Shown here piece after piece: positions 1 through 8,541 of a stretch of 64,000 nucleotides of DNA; position 1 is the stretch's first letter, and each line of letters starts with the position of its first letter. A program made the translations under genes and the position numbers. The DNA is taken from positions 10,621 through 74,620 of the forward strand of contig JBAZUR010000002.1 in the NCBI GenBank assembly GCA_041661305.1, in the 5' to 3' direction. This stretch comes from Minisyncoccota bacterium. GTDB lineage: Bacteria > Patescibacteriota > Minisyncoccia > Phycocordibacterales > VMEP01. A model generated the notes under the pieces. The model was not told where the DNA came from. It was given only the letters and a program-made list of their open reading frames with translations, and searched no databases.

Positions 1-474
1 AATGTTAATCCATTTTCCAGCTGTTTGATTGCGATTATTCAGGTTTTTATAGCAATCGGACTTTATAATGTTTTGGCGACAGGAATAGTCTTAGATGAAG
101 ACTCCCTTTATTCATTCGTTGTTTTTCCTCAGATAGTTAATTCTTTGTTTTTGGGAATAATTGATACACATACACCAAGCTACCTTTTAGCCTTTCTTGC
201 AGCAGTCTCACAATATTTTCTAGCCGCACTTTTACCAGCCCCACATAAAAAGGAAGGAAAAGAAGCCCCCACTTTTCAGGAGGATTTGGCTAGAAATATG
301 CATATGCAAATGAAATACGTTTTACCAGTTGTTATTCTTGTTATCGCAACAAGATTTCCAGCAGCAGTTGCTCTTTATTGGGTTGTAAGCAACCTCTTTT
401 CTATTGGACAAGAAATTGTTATAAGAAAAGGAATGGAAAAGTACGATGTGAAAAATCCACAAATTTCAGCATAA
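1..474 (+). CDS. yidC: Membrane protein insertase YidC, C-terminal part. The 5' end lies outside the window.
   Basis: The ORF runs to the window edge. The multi-TM C-terminus ends with the characteristic ...ALYWVVSNLFSIGQ motif, and the gene is followed by jag as in the usual yidC-jag pair. Confidence 0.7.
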   Translation, partial: NVNPFSSCLIAIIQVFIAIGLYNVLATGIVLDEDSLYSFVVFPQIVNSLFLGIIDTHTPSYLLAFLAAVSQYFLAALLPAPHKKEGKEAPTFQEDLARNMHMQMKYVLPVVILVIATRFPAAVALYWVVSNLFSIGQEIVIRKGMEKYDVKNPQISA

Positions 475-475
475 A

Positions 476-964
476 ATGAATACAGAAGAAATAAAAAAAA
501 TAATAGAGGAAACCCTTAAAAAACTCACGACTACTTTTGAGGAAGTTGAAATAAAAAAGGAAGATGATGGTTCTTATATTTTTTCAATTAAAACAAATGA
601 TGTTGATTTTCTTGTTGGTAAAGATGGTACTTCCCTCCTCTCTTTAAATCACCTCATCAAAAGAATGGTTGACCAAAGTTTAAGTAAGACAAAATCAGAC
701 GAACAACTCTCTTTTATTGTTGATGTAAACGGATACCAACAAAGAAAAATTGATGATTTAAAAAATAAAGCAAAAATGATGGTGGAAAGAGCGCGCTTTT
801 TTAAATCAAGTGTTGAGCTTGAGCCAATGTCGTCTTATGAACGAATGGTTGTTCATACCTTTCTAAAAACGTTACCAGATATCAAAACAGAATCTATTGG
901 TGTTGGTAGTGAACGAAGAGTTGTTGTTAAATACACAGAACCATCCAGTCTCGCCTCTCTTTAA
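476..964 (+). CDS. jag: Jag/KhpB-like RNA-binding protein with KH and R3H domains
   Basis: 162 aa, starting immediately after yidC. The C-terminal region carries an R3H-like motif (ERMVVHTFLK...GSERRVVV). Confidence 0.65.
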   Translation: MNTEEIKKIIEETLKKLTTTFEEVEIKKEDDGSYIFSIKTNDVDFLVGKDGTSLLSLNHLIKRMVDQSLSKTKSDEQLSFIVDVNGYQQRKIDDLKNKAKMMVERARFFKSSVELEPMSSYERMVVHTFLKTLPDIKTESIGVGSERRVVVKYTEPSSLASL

Positions 965-970
965 TAAATA

Positions 971-2218
971 CTAGAGAGACAAAAGCCAAAGAGAGTTATC
1001 TGTTTTGTTTATAAAAACAAATTTATCCCCATTTTGATTTATTTGTGGTGAGGTAACATCTATTTGTTCTCTTGAAATTTCTCGCAGGTTTGCTAGTTGG
1101 TCTGTTGCACCAGACTCAGTATCAATTTTCCAAACGGTATCAGAAAAACTGATCAATCCTTGGTACCACGAATCAGGGTAGCCACCAGGTACTCTTGGTG
1201 TAGTTTCTGGAACAGCACAATAAGTGCTTATGTTATTTGAAGACCAAACACATTTTTCAGAGAGGGTTGCTAAGCCAAGAGAATAGGTAGTTTTTGTTTT
1301 TTTGTTAAAAACAGATAAAGATAACCCACCTTCGTTATTTTCTGAAAAAACAGCACGATTTCCATCCGGGGAAAGTAAGGTGGTGAGCCCGTATTTTTTA
1401 CCAATAACTTTTATTAAAGCAGGGTTTTTTACTGTAATAGAGTAATTGAAACCAAAGACAGAAGAAGAAGGTTTTGTGTTAAGGAAAATAACATCACCTT
1501 CTACCCATTGAGGAAGCCACTCTGTGAAAGTAGACTGAAAGATTTGTGACTTTTTTGACCCATCAAAGAAAGAGATGCTTCCAACAGAAGAGTTACCATA
1601 ATTGATTAATGTAAATATTTTTAATTTATCTGGAGAAACAGCTATTTGGTTTATGTTTTCATCGATAAAAGAGCCAACAAGAATACCCTCATCAGAAGTT
1701 GTTGCGCTTGTTTGTATTTTTGCTGAATATGTTTGAATAATATTATCTTCTTCTTTTAGATAGCGGAGTAAAACACTTTCTCCTTTGTCGGAAAAAATAG
1801 CCTCGTGTATTTTTGGAATAGTTGTATTGGTTAAACGCTTACTTTCGAGGGAGGAAGTGTTTATTTCTTGAACGTGACCGTTCTCTTTTTCTACATAACG
1901 GACAATTGTTGAACTTGCTCTCTCAAAGACAATAAAACCAGCAGTCGGACGAGGCGATAATTTTAAAAGTTTCTGTTTTTTTAATTGATTAGTATTTGCC
2001 TCTCCTGTTTGTGTCCCCTCTCCATTGTTTGATACACCATCATTTGTACCACTACCTTTTTCTCTATTATCAAAAATACCAAACGGAGAAAAACTAGAAC
2101 CATTATCGCTTGTACCCAAAATGTTTGAACCACTTCTATTCAAGAAGAACCAACCTGTGCCAGCAAAGGCAACTAAAACAAGAGAAAGGATGATTGCTAG
2201 TGTGGTTTTTGTGGACAT
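971..2218 (-). CDS. Membrane-anchored secreted protein with PD40/TolB-like beta-propeller repeats
   Basis: N-terminal TM helix and a Gly/Ser/Asn-rich linker. The motif SPDG..vF recurs (SPDGNRAVF, SPDKLKIF, NGDKFVF). It is the last gene of the minus-strand cluster. Confidence 0.4.
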   Translation of the reverse strand: MSTKTTLAIILSLVLVAFAGTGWFFLNRSGSNILGTSDNGSSFSPFGIFDNREKGSGTNDGVSNNGEGTQTGEANTNQLKKQKLLKLSPRPTAGFIVFERASSTIVRYVEKENGHVQEINTSSLESKRLTNTTIPKIHEAIFSDKGESVLLRYLKEEDNIIQTYSAKIQTSATTSDEGILVGSFIDENINQIAVSPDKLKIFTLINYGNSSVGSISFFDGSKKSQIFQSTFTEWLPQWVEGDVIFLNTKPSSSVFGFNYSITVKNPALIKVIGKKYGLTTLLSPDGNRAVFSENNEGGLSLSVFNKKTKTTYSLGLATLSEKCVWSSNNISTYCAVPETTPRVPGGYPDSWYQGLISFSDTVWKIDTESGATDQLANLREISREQIDVTSPQINQNGDKFVFINKTDNSLWLLSL

Positions 2219-2226
2219 GTGTTTAT

Positions 2227-3141
2227 TTATGGTGTTGTTACGTGCCAGTGCTCAGAGTTTTCGTTGTAAAAACGAGCACCACCAAAAATACAGGTTTGAC
2301 CAATTGACGAACAATTATTTGGGTTTGTTCTTGTTCCGCTCGCTAGGCCAGTTTTAATTATATACTCAGTTATTTTCGGACCAGAGCTATTTTTACCAAT
2401 ATCGACTATCGGGCGGTTTTCCGCGTGTGTTGCATGTCTCCAAAACTCTGTTCCACCACTTACAACAACAACACAATCAGAACCACAAGCTTTTTTAAGT
2501 GTTCCTAAAAAAGCAATTGTGGAATCAGGGAGCAGTCCGACATTTGTACAGCTTTTTTGGCCATAAACAGTACAAGGGCTCGCATTTATTCCAACGTTAA
2601 GAGTTTTTAATCTATCTCTAACTCTTTGTTCGTCTTTTAGGATTGCGGCGATTCTATCTTTGATTGCTTGTGTAACTGTTGGGTCGCCTCCTATGACACC
2701 GGTAGTACTACGAGTGCCAGCACCAGAAGATACGCTAGGAGTAGTGCCAGTCATTGACGGCGCTGTTTTGGCGATATTTAGATTAAGGCTTACTAAATCA
2801 GGATTTATTGTATATAGGAAAATATAGATACCGAGAGCAAGGATAAGCCCCAAGATTGCTCCCTCAATTTTAGATTTGGCGTCCCCTATTTTAAAAGGAG
2901 ATTCGCTTGCCATATATTGAATTCCTCCGATAACTATTTGGATTACAGCAAGGCCAGCTGCAATACCAATGCCAATTTTAAAAATAAGATTAAGGTAATC
3001 AGAAAAGGATGTTTCGCTATTAATTACAGCAAATTGGTCATTATAAACTCCCGGTTCGAGTAATGTGTATTCTTGCGCGGAAGCAACCCCACAAAAAATA
3101 AAAAACGGAAGGATAGAGAGAAGTAAAAAGAATTTTTTCAT
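2227..3141 (-). CDS. T4SS-associated protein with a VirB2/TrbC-like two-TM hairpin and a C-terminal zinc-peptidase-like domain (VanY/M15 type, putative cell-wall hydrolase)
   Basis: Signal peptide, then two hydrophobic segments split by a short charged loop, which is the pilin-like topology. A Ser/Thr linker follows. The C-terminal domain has an H-x7-D spacing (HATHAENRPIVD) and a terminal SEHWH (ExxH-like) motif, plus 6 Cys. Confidence 0.4.
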   Translation of the reverse strand: MKKFFLLLSILPFFIFCGVASAQEYTLLEPGVYNDQFAVINSETSFSDYLNLIFKIGIGIAAGLAVIQIVIGGIQYMASESPFKIGDAKSKIEGAILGLILALGIYIFLYTINPDLVSLNLNIAKTAPSMTGTTPSVSSGAGTRSTTGVIGGDPTVTQAIKDRIAAILKDEQRVRDRLKTLNVGINASPCTVYGQKSCTNVGLLPDSTIAFLGTLKKACGSDCVVVVSGGTEFWRHATHAENRPIVDIGKNSSGPKITEYIIKTGLASGTRTNPNNCSSIGQTCIFGGARFYNENSEHWHVTTP

Positions 3142-3142
3142 A

Positions 3143-4138
3143 CTAACGTCCTTTAAAGTTTAACATAATATTGCCGACCGCCGAGAGCATTATTTTAGAA
3201 GGATTTGTTACTAGAAGAGAGATGTCTGCAGACCCACTTGTGCCAGATTGCTGTCTTACAATAAGAACCCCGGGATTTAAGTTCTCTGCTTTTACTGGAT
3301 TACCGTTAAGTGACCAGCTGTATTTTATTTTACTACTTGTTTTGTTGTTTGGAGAGAAAAAATATGGCTCAGCTGCTATGGAAAGTTCTTCGTTTGAGAG
3401 AGGAAGTGAACCTGAAAGTGCTTTTCCATATAAAATACCTAAAATAGGATTCTTTTCATAAAATAAAATTTTAGGCTCTACTATTTGAATTACAACTTCT
3501 TCTCTCCCAACTTTAAAATCGGAAGTATTTCTTGCCTCGACTCCTATTTGCTCGCTTTTTTTAAGGTAATCATTTTTTAAAAAAAGCGTGGAAACACCCC
3601 TGCCGGAAAGTGAACCTAAAACTTCAGAATCACGGCGCCATTTGTAAGAAAGCTCACTTGTTTTATATGTACCACCATTACTTTTCCAAATATTAGGAAT
3701 AGCTGTTATTTTTATTGATGATTCCGATGTTGGGAGAGCTTTCCCTTTGTAAAAAGGTGGAGTGTAAACATCCGTTGCCTGCCAAAGTAGGTTGATTTCT
3801 GATGGGTTTACTACCAAAGTTCCTTGTGCGGAGGTATTTCCTAACGTAGCACTAGCTTTTATTGATATTGGTTCACCAACTTCCCCGACCTTAAAAGAAA
3901 CAGATTTTTGACCAACATTTGAAGAAATTTTTTTACCGCCTAAAGACCAGGTTATGTTTGCGAGGTCTAGATTAAAGGAAGAGCTTGAAACTGAGGCTGT
4001 TACCACGTCTTGTGGCTCTGGGATCTCTGGTGAGATTTGAATCAAAAGAGAGGAGGACTGGCTAAACGTTACTAAAGGAAATATTAAAAAACTTAACAAA
4101 AGTAAATTCTTAAAAATAATTTTTTTGTTAAATAACAT
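3143..4138 (-). CDS. Secreted beta-rich hypothetical protein
   Basis: Signal peptide (LLLLSFLIFPLVTFSQS). No recognisable motif. It overlaps its neighbour in the minus-strand operon. Confidence 0.3.
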   Translation of the reverse strand: MLFNKKIIFKNLLLLSFLIFPLVTFSQSSSLLIQISPEIPEPQDVVTASVSSSSFNLDLANITWSLGGKKISSNVGQKSVSFKVGEVGEPISIKASATLGNTSAQGTLVVNPSEINLLWQATDVYTPPFYKGKALPTSESSIKITAIPNIWKSNGGTYKTSELSYKWRRDSEVLGSLSGRGVSTLFLKNDYLKKSEQIGVEARNTSDFKVGREEVVIQIVEPKILFYEKNPILGILYGKALSGSLPLSNEELSIAAEPYFFSPNNKTSSKIKYSWSLNGNPVKAENLNPGVLIVRQQSGTSGSADISLLVTNPSKIMLSAVGNIMLNFKGR

Positions 4139-4547
4139 TTAATTCTTCTACTTTCGTAACTATTTTTTTCAAAAAGATGTGGTTTTCTATGGTGCGCAAA
4201 ACAACAAGACTTAAAGCTGTTGCCGGAATAATATTAACGAAAGGGATTACCTCTATTATAAACTGTCCTGCGAGAACAGCCAACTTCCTTCCAGCATATC
4301 TACCAGTAAAACTAATGCCGTTCATAAATAAATAAAAAAAGAGTGTTATGTTAAAAAAAAATGTAAAGAAAACAGACATAGCCGAGAGAATCATGGTGAG
4401 ATTAAGTAAATCTAAAAGATCTTTGATTAAAGCAAAACCAAGCATAAGCATAAAACCAAAGCCAGTTAACTTTCTACTTTTTGTTAAGCTCCCCTCTCTC
4501 AATAGCTCAACGTTTTGTTTATTTTCTAGTTTTTTTTCTTTATTCAC
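4128..4547 (-). CDS. Small polytopic membrane protein of the T4SS-like cluster
   Basis: 139 aa with 2-3 hydrophobic helices. It lies directly downstream of the VirB4 ATPase ORF. Confidence 0.3.
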   Translation of the reverse strand: MNKEKKLENKQNVELLREGSLTKSRKLTGFGFMLMLGFALIKDLLDLLNLTMILSAMSVFFTFFFNITLFFYLFMNGISFTGRYAGRKLAVLAGQFIIEVIPFVNIIPATALSLVVLRTIENHIFLKKIVTKVEELNVI

Positions 4548-4568
4548 CTGTTTGTATAAATTGGCTTA

Positions 4569-6389
4569 TTACTCAGATTCGGCTGTAGCTAAGTCATTTT
4601 TGGCTTTTTTGATTGCTAGAACTTGCGATGGGTCCGAAGTTATTATCTGGTCTTCGGTGTACGAAGCAACAATTTTTAAAGCCACGTGCTTAAGGCCGGC
4701 AAAGAAGATTCCCTCTCCAACTCCCGATTCAAGAAGAAGATATTTTTCCTCGTCTGTTAAGTTGAAAGTTTTTTGAACCATATCAATAGAAGAAGGAGAC
4801 TGTTTTAAAAGAATTTGTATTGACGAGTTTGTAATAATAGGAAGGCCATATGGAGAATTAAGAAAGTCGCCGACATCTTGAGTAATTGTTGCAAGTCCCA
4901 AGTAATATTTACGGCCACGCTTAGCGATACTGAAAAGAAAAGAAGCTGTATCTTCTGATTTCATCATCCACCAAGCTTCGTCAACTACAAGGAGGCGTTT
5001 TTTAAGATTTTTACGAACAGCATTCCAGATATAGTGAGTAACAATGTACATTGCAACAGGTTTCAACTCATCCTCCATGTCACGCACAGAAAAAACAACG
5101 AATTTTTTGTTGATATCAACATTGGTTGGTTTGTTTATGAAACCAGACCAAGTTCCTTTTGTGTATTTAGATAACTTTTGAAGAAGATCTGCGCTACCGT
5201 CCATTCCAGAAAGGACCATTTCGAAGTCTGAAAGTAGTGGTGGTTCGATCGCAGAAAAGTCTGAATCAGCGGTAATGTCTTTGAGGTTATAAGTTTCCGT
5301 AATTGCGCGGTCGATAAGGGAATCTTCTCCCGGAGAAAGACCTCCGAGCATAATACGAAACAATCCGACGAGATTTACGATATTTGAACGCAAAACATCA
5401 GCAGCTGACTCATCTTCGCGAGGAACTGGAAGATCAAACGGGTTTATGTGGTGGTCTGAAGTAAGAGAAATATTAAAATAACGTCCACCTGTCGCTTCAG
5501 CCAAATATTCATATTCACGCTCTGGGTCGATAACGATAACCTCCGTATCAAACATAAGCGTGCGGATTATTTCAAGCTTGGTAGTGTAAGATTTTCCAGA
5601 ACCAGCCTTAGCAAAAATAATTGAGTTGTAGTTTTCAAGTGAATAACGATCAAAAAGAACAAGACTTGAATTGTGTCTATTTATTCCATATAAAATTCCG
5701 CGATCAGAAGTGAGGTCAAAAGAAACAAATGGGAAAAGAGAAGATAGTGGAGAAGAGTTTAATTTAGAATGGACACCTAGCTCATCTGACGCTATTGGAA
5801 TAACACTTTTAAATCCTTGTTCTTGTTGGAAAAGAGCTGGTTTAACATAAACCATCTTAGATTCAAGGATTGATTTTATTTCGGACTCTATTTTATCAAG
5901 TTCTGCCTCGGTTGTTCCGTATATCGTTAGATATAGACCGACATCAAATATTTTTTCTTGGGCTTGCTGAAGAGAGTCGCGAAGAGATTCTAGGTCTTGG
6001 TATGCAGTATCAAGCATAGGGTCGCGAACCATACCTTTCTCTTCGCGCATATGTATTTGGCTTTGAACCTCAGCAACTTTTTTCTGGAAAGTATGAAGAA
6101 TCTTGGCTGTTTCTATTGGGTGTATAAAAATTGAAACATCAAAAACCTTATCTAGGTTTATGATTGGAGAAAACCAGTTGTCAGCTAAAACTCTCGGATA
6201 AGAAATAACAAAAAAAGTACGCGCTATTTTGTCGCCGAGGTTTAGAGCCCTAGGCTCAATTTTTAAAGCCGAAGGGGCGATAATATCACGAAGCTCAAGT
6301 GTTGCTGCTTGATAGATTTCTTGTGGAAGAATCGGGGTAATTTCCTCCTCTTTTTTTTCATTTCCTGTTATGAAATCAAATATTCCCAT
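4569..6389 (-). CDS. virB4: VirB4/TrbE/CagE-family T4SS ATPase, ATPase portion (C-terminal two-thirds of VirB4)
   Basis: Walker A motif AKAGSGKSYTTK and Walker B motif LLVVDEAWWM. The region GLATITQDVGDF is also VirB4-like. Confidence 0.85.
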   Translation of the reverse strand: MGIFDFITGNEKKEEEITPILPQEIYQAATLELRDIIAPSALKIEPRALNLGDKIARTFFVISYPRVLADNWFSPIINLDKVFDVSIFIHPIETAKILHTFQKKVAEVQSQIHMREEKGMVRDPMLDTAYQDLESLRDSLQQAQEKIFDVGLYLTIYGTTEAELDKIESEIKSILESKMVYVKPALFQQEQGFKSVIPIASDELGVHSKLNSSPLSSLFPFVSFDLTSDRGILYGINRHNSSLVLFDRYSLENYNSIIFAKAGSGKSYTTKLEIIRTLMFDTEVIVIDPEREYEYLAEATGGRYFNISLTSDHHINPFDLPVPREDESAADVLRSNIVNLVGLFRIMLGGLSPGEDSLIDRAITETYNLKDITADSDFSAIEPPLLSDFEMVLSGMDGSADLLQKLSKYTKGTWSGFINKPTNVDINKKFVVFSVRDMEDELKPVAMYIVTHYIWNAVRKNLKKRLLVVDEAWWMMKSEDTASFLFSIAKRGRKYYLGLATITQDVGDFLNSPYGLPIITNSSIQILLKQSPSSIDMVQKTFNLTDEEKYLLLESGVGEGIFFAGLKHVALKIVASYTEDQIITSDPSQVLAIKKAKNDLATAESE

Positions 6390-6394
6390 GGTAT

Positions 6395-7057
6395 TTATTG
6401 ATTGAGCTTGATAGCTTTTTCTGTCTCTCCTGGATTAAAAATTTTATAAAAAACCTCGATAACCTCTTCGGTTCCAAGCTGGACAGCTCTAACTCCAAAA
6501 CGAGATAGCCCCTGAGCAACCACTGAGACACGCTGGTCAAGCTGTGAACGACTTTCTTCAAAAAGTTCTGTTTCAGCGATACGGGACTCCGCGGTTGGTT
6601 CTTTATTTCCCGTCATTCCTGGAATCGGAGGAAGTGAAAAACCACTACTACCCTTCCCTCCAATAGATGGGGCGCTATAAGGAACCACTATAAAAAAGTT
6701 TTTAGTCATAATGTTTCTTGTTTCAGCAAGGTTTTTTATAAAATCAATATATTCTCGAGTCTGTATTTTAAGAAGATCTTCTAATTGTTCTTTCATTCTG
6801 TCTTCAAGCATTGTTATGTATGGCTTTATGTCTAGCTTGCGAGATTGAATGAATATTTGAATTGAGAAATCCAATGAGTTTAAAAAACCTTGGAATTGTA
6901 AAATAGTAGCAGTCTGCTCGTCTTCTGATTTTAAAGCGAGATTTAAAGAAGAAGTCATGATTAGCGCCCTCAAAGAGCCGTCTTTTAAAACAACAACGCC
7001 ATCGCGTACTTCTTTAATAGGAACAAAATCTTGAGCTGCTTTAGATTGAATAGCCAT
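6395..7057 (-). CDS. virB4: VirB4 N-terminal domain encoded as a separate ORF (split VirB4)
   Basis: The stretch DFVPIKEVRDGVVVLKDGSLRALIM...EDEQTATILQFQGFLNSL matches the conserved VirB4/TraC N-terminus. It stops 5 nt before the ATPase ORF starts, and the two ORFs are in different frames. Confidence 0.55.
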   Translation of the reverse strand: MAIQSKAAQDFVPIKEVRDGVVVLKDGSLRALIMTSSLNLALKSEDEQTATILQFQGFLNSLDFSIQIFIQSRKLDIKPYITMLEDRMKEQLEDLLKIQTREYIDFIKNLAETRNIMTKNFFIVVPYSAPSIGGKGSSGFSLPPIPGMTGNKEPTAESRIAETELFEESRSQLDQRVSVVAQGLSRFGVRAVQLGTEEVIEVFYKIFNPGETEKAIKLNQ

Positions 7058-7155
7058 TGGTTATTTGTGGTTAGTATAGCAAATAGACACTAAAATGTAT
7101 GTTCACAAGGCTCTTTACTTCTTTTTTTCACGAGAAAAAACTCCTTTTTGTGAAA

Positions 7156-7578
7156 TCATTCTTCTTTGCTCGTGGTTAAAACATCAAGACCCCAAGAGAG
7201 ATCTTTTAGTTTACTATCAGAGAGGCGCGGAACCAAAGAATTGTCAGTGTCACCCTTCTTTGCTTTTTTTGTTATCTCCATTGGCCGATTTTCTTTTTTC
7301 CAAATATATAGTTTTTCTCCGAGGTAGTAGCGAAAAGCTGCCTCAACGCTGTAAATGAACGGTTTGTCATTTATTTTATAAAATGCAAAAGCAACTGCGA
7401 GGGCTACTATAGGAATCACAAAAAATAGAGTAATTACTAAAGGAAGAAAGCTGTCTAGTATTTTATACACAACAAAAGCCATTCCCGCTCCACCAGCTAG
7501 GTAAATAAATTGTTTAAAAGTAAATGGACCAAAAATCTTATCCTCTACTTCAATAAATTGCGGAACATGAAACTGCAT
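7156..7578 (-). CDS. VirB3-like / PrgI-family small T4SS membrane protein
   Basis: 140 aa. The N-terminus ...EDKIFGPFTFKQFIYLAGGAGMAF is followed by two TM helices, which is the PrgI/TcpE-like pattern. It sits immediately upstream of virB4. Confidence 0.5.
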   Translation of the reverse strand: MQFHVPQFIEVEDKIFGPFTFKQFIYLAGGAGMAFVVYKILDSFLPLVITLFFVIPIVALAVAFAFYKINDKPFIYSVEAAFRYYLGEKLYIWKKENRPMEITKKAKKGDTDNSLVPRLSDSKLKDLSWGLDVLTTSKEE

Positions 7579-7626
7579 TTAATTAGTATAGCGTACTATT
7601 AGATGTTTTAAAGTTGTTTAGGTTTT

Positions 7627-7718
7627 TATTTTTCTCTTTAAAAACACGTATAAAAATCTGCTGATTTTTTACTATACTCACGCCGTCGCGTTGCGTAATG
7701 TTTTTAAGGAGAAAAACT
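7627..7718 (-). promoter_or_regulatory. Copy A of a conserved ~90-nt element (IR-bracketed, promoter-like or structured 5' leader), upstream of the VirB3-like gene
   Basis: Shares CATTACG-17nt-GAGTATAGTAAA...TCAGCAGA...TTATACG with copies B and C. The flanking 18-20 bp inverted repeat and two internal hairpins co-vary between copies. Confidence 0.5.
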
Positions 7719-7791
7719 AGAGCTGAAGAAAAAGAAAGCAATACGAAGCCAAACTTCATAACAACGATTATCAGAATCATTGTTTCTGGAA

Positions 7792-8526
7792 TTAGATTTG
7801 TTCTCGATATGGATCCAGTTGGTACTTTGTCTCTTTTTTAGGAAGAGCGAAAGAGTCTGTTAGTTTTTGTTCAACTATATCAATTGGCGTAGAAGCACTT
7901 TCCTTTGCAGTAGAATTTTTTTCCTCGAGAACAGGTAGAACTTTTTGTGAAGAAATTTGGGGAATAGTTTTACCTGAAGAAAGTTCTCTTTCCGGTGTGA
8001 TTAATGGATTTTCAACGTCATTTAGTACATTTTCTCTTATAAGACTTTCGTTTTCTTCGGTTTCCATGTGCTTGTCTTCACTTACAATTTCAACACCACT
8101 TTCTTTAAATATGGTTTTATCAACAGGGTTTAGTGCGGTTTGCTCAAGTACATTATTTTGTGGAACATCTTCTCTGTATGCATCATGTTTTACTTCAACT
8201 AGCTCGGTTTCGCCATGTACCTTTTTTAACGATTCACGAATTGAACCAAAAATTTGCTCATTTATATCGTGGACAATTAAGCCGGCGATATCGTGAGTCA
8301 CACCAAGCTTTGACTCCACTACCCCCAAAAAATCTTTTGGGTTTGTTATGCCAAACATAACCAAGTTTGTTTCATCAACCAAGATTGTTAACTTATCAAT
8401 ATGGAGAGAGTATTTTGATCCAATTTCTCTAATTTTTTTACCAGTATCAAAACCAAAAAGAACATCTTTCACATCGTCTGGGAGATGCTCGAGCATTTGT
8501 TCAAGTTGTTGGTTTGTGTAGTTCAT
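7792..8526 (-). CDS. Acidic soluble hypothetical protein of the T4SS-like cluster
   Basis: 244 aa ORF with no TM segment and no recognisable motif. Confidence 0.3.
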   Translation of the reverse strand: MNYTNQQLEQMLEHLPDDVKDVLFGFDTGKKIREIGSKYSLHIDKLTILVDETNLVMFGITNPKDFLGVVESKLGVTHDIAGLIVHDINEQIFGSIRESLKKVHGETELVEVKHDAYREDVPQNNVLEQTALNPVDKTIFKESGVEIVSEDKHMETEENESLIRENVLNDVENPLITPERELSSGKTIPQISSQKVLPVLEEKNSTAKESASTPIDIVEQKLTDSFALPKKETKYQLDPYREQI

Positions 8527-8541
8527 CTTAAAAGTAATTTT

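Noticed and set aside
7583-7780. 65-aa hydrophobic minus-strand ORF between the 244-aa gene and the VirB3-like gene (possible mini-pilin)
   Set aside because: It lies squarely over copy A of the conserved IR-bracketed promoter/leader element. The nucleotide-level conservation there is explained by the RNA/DNA element, not by coding.
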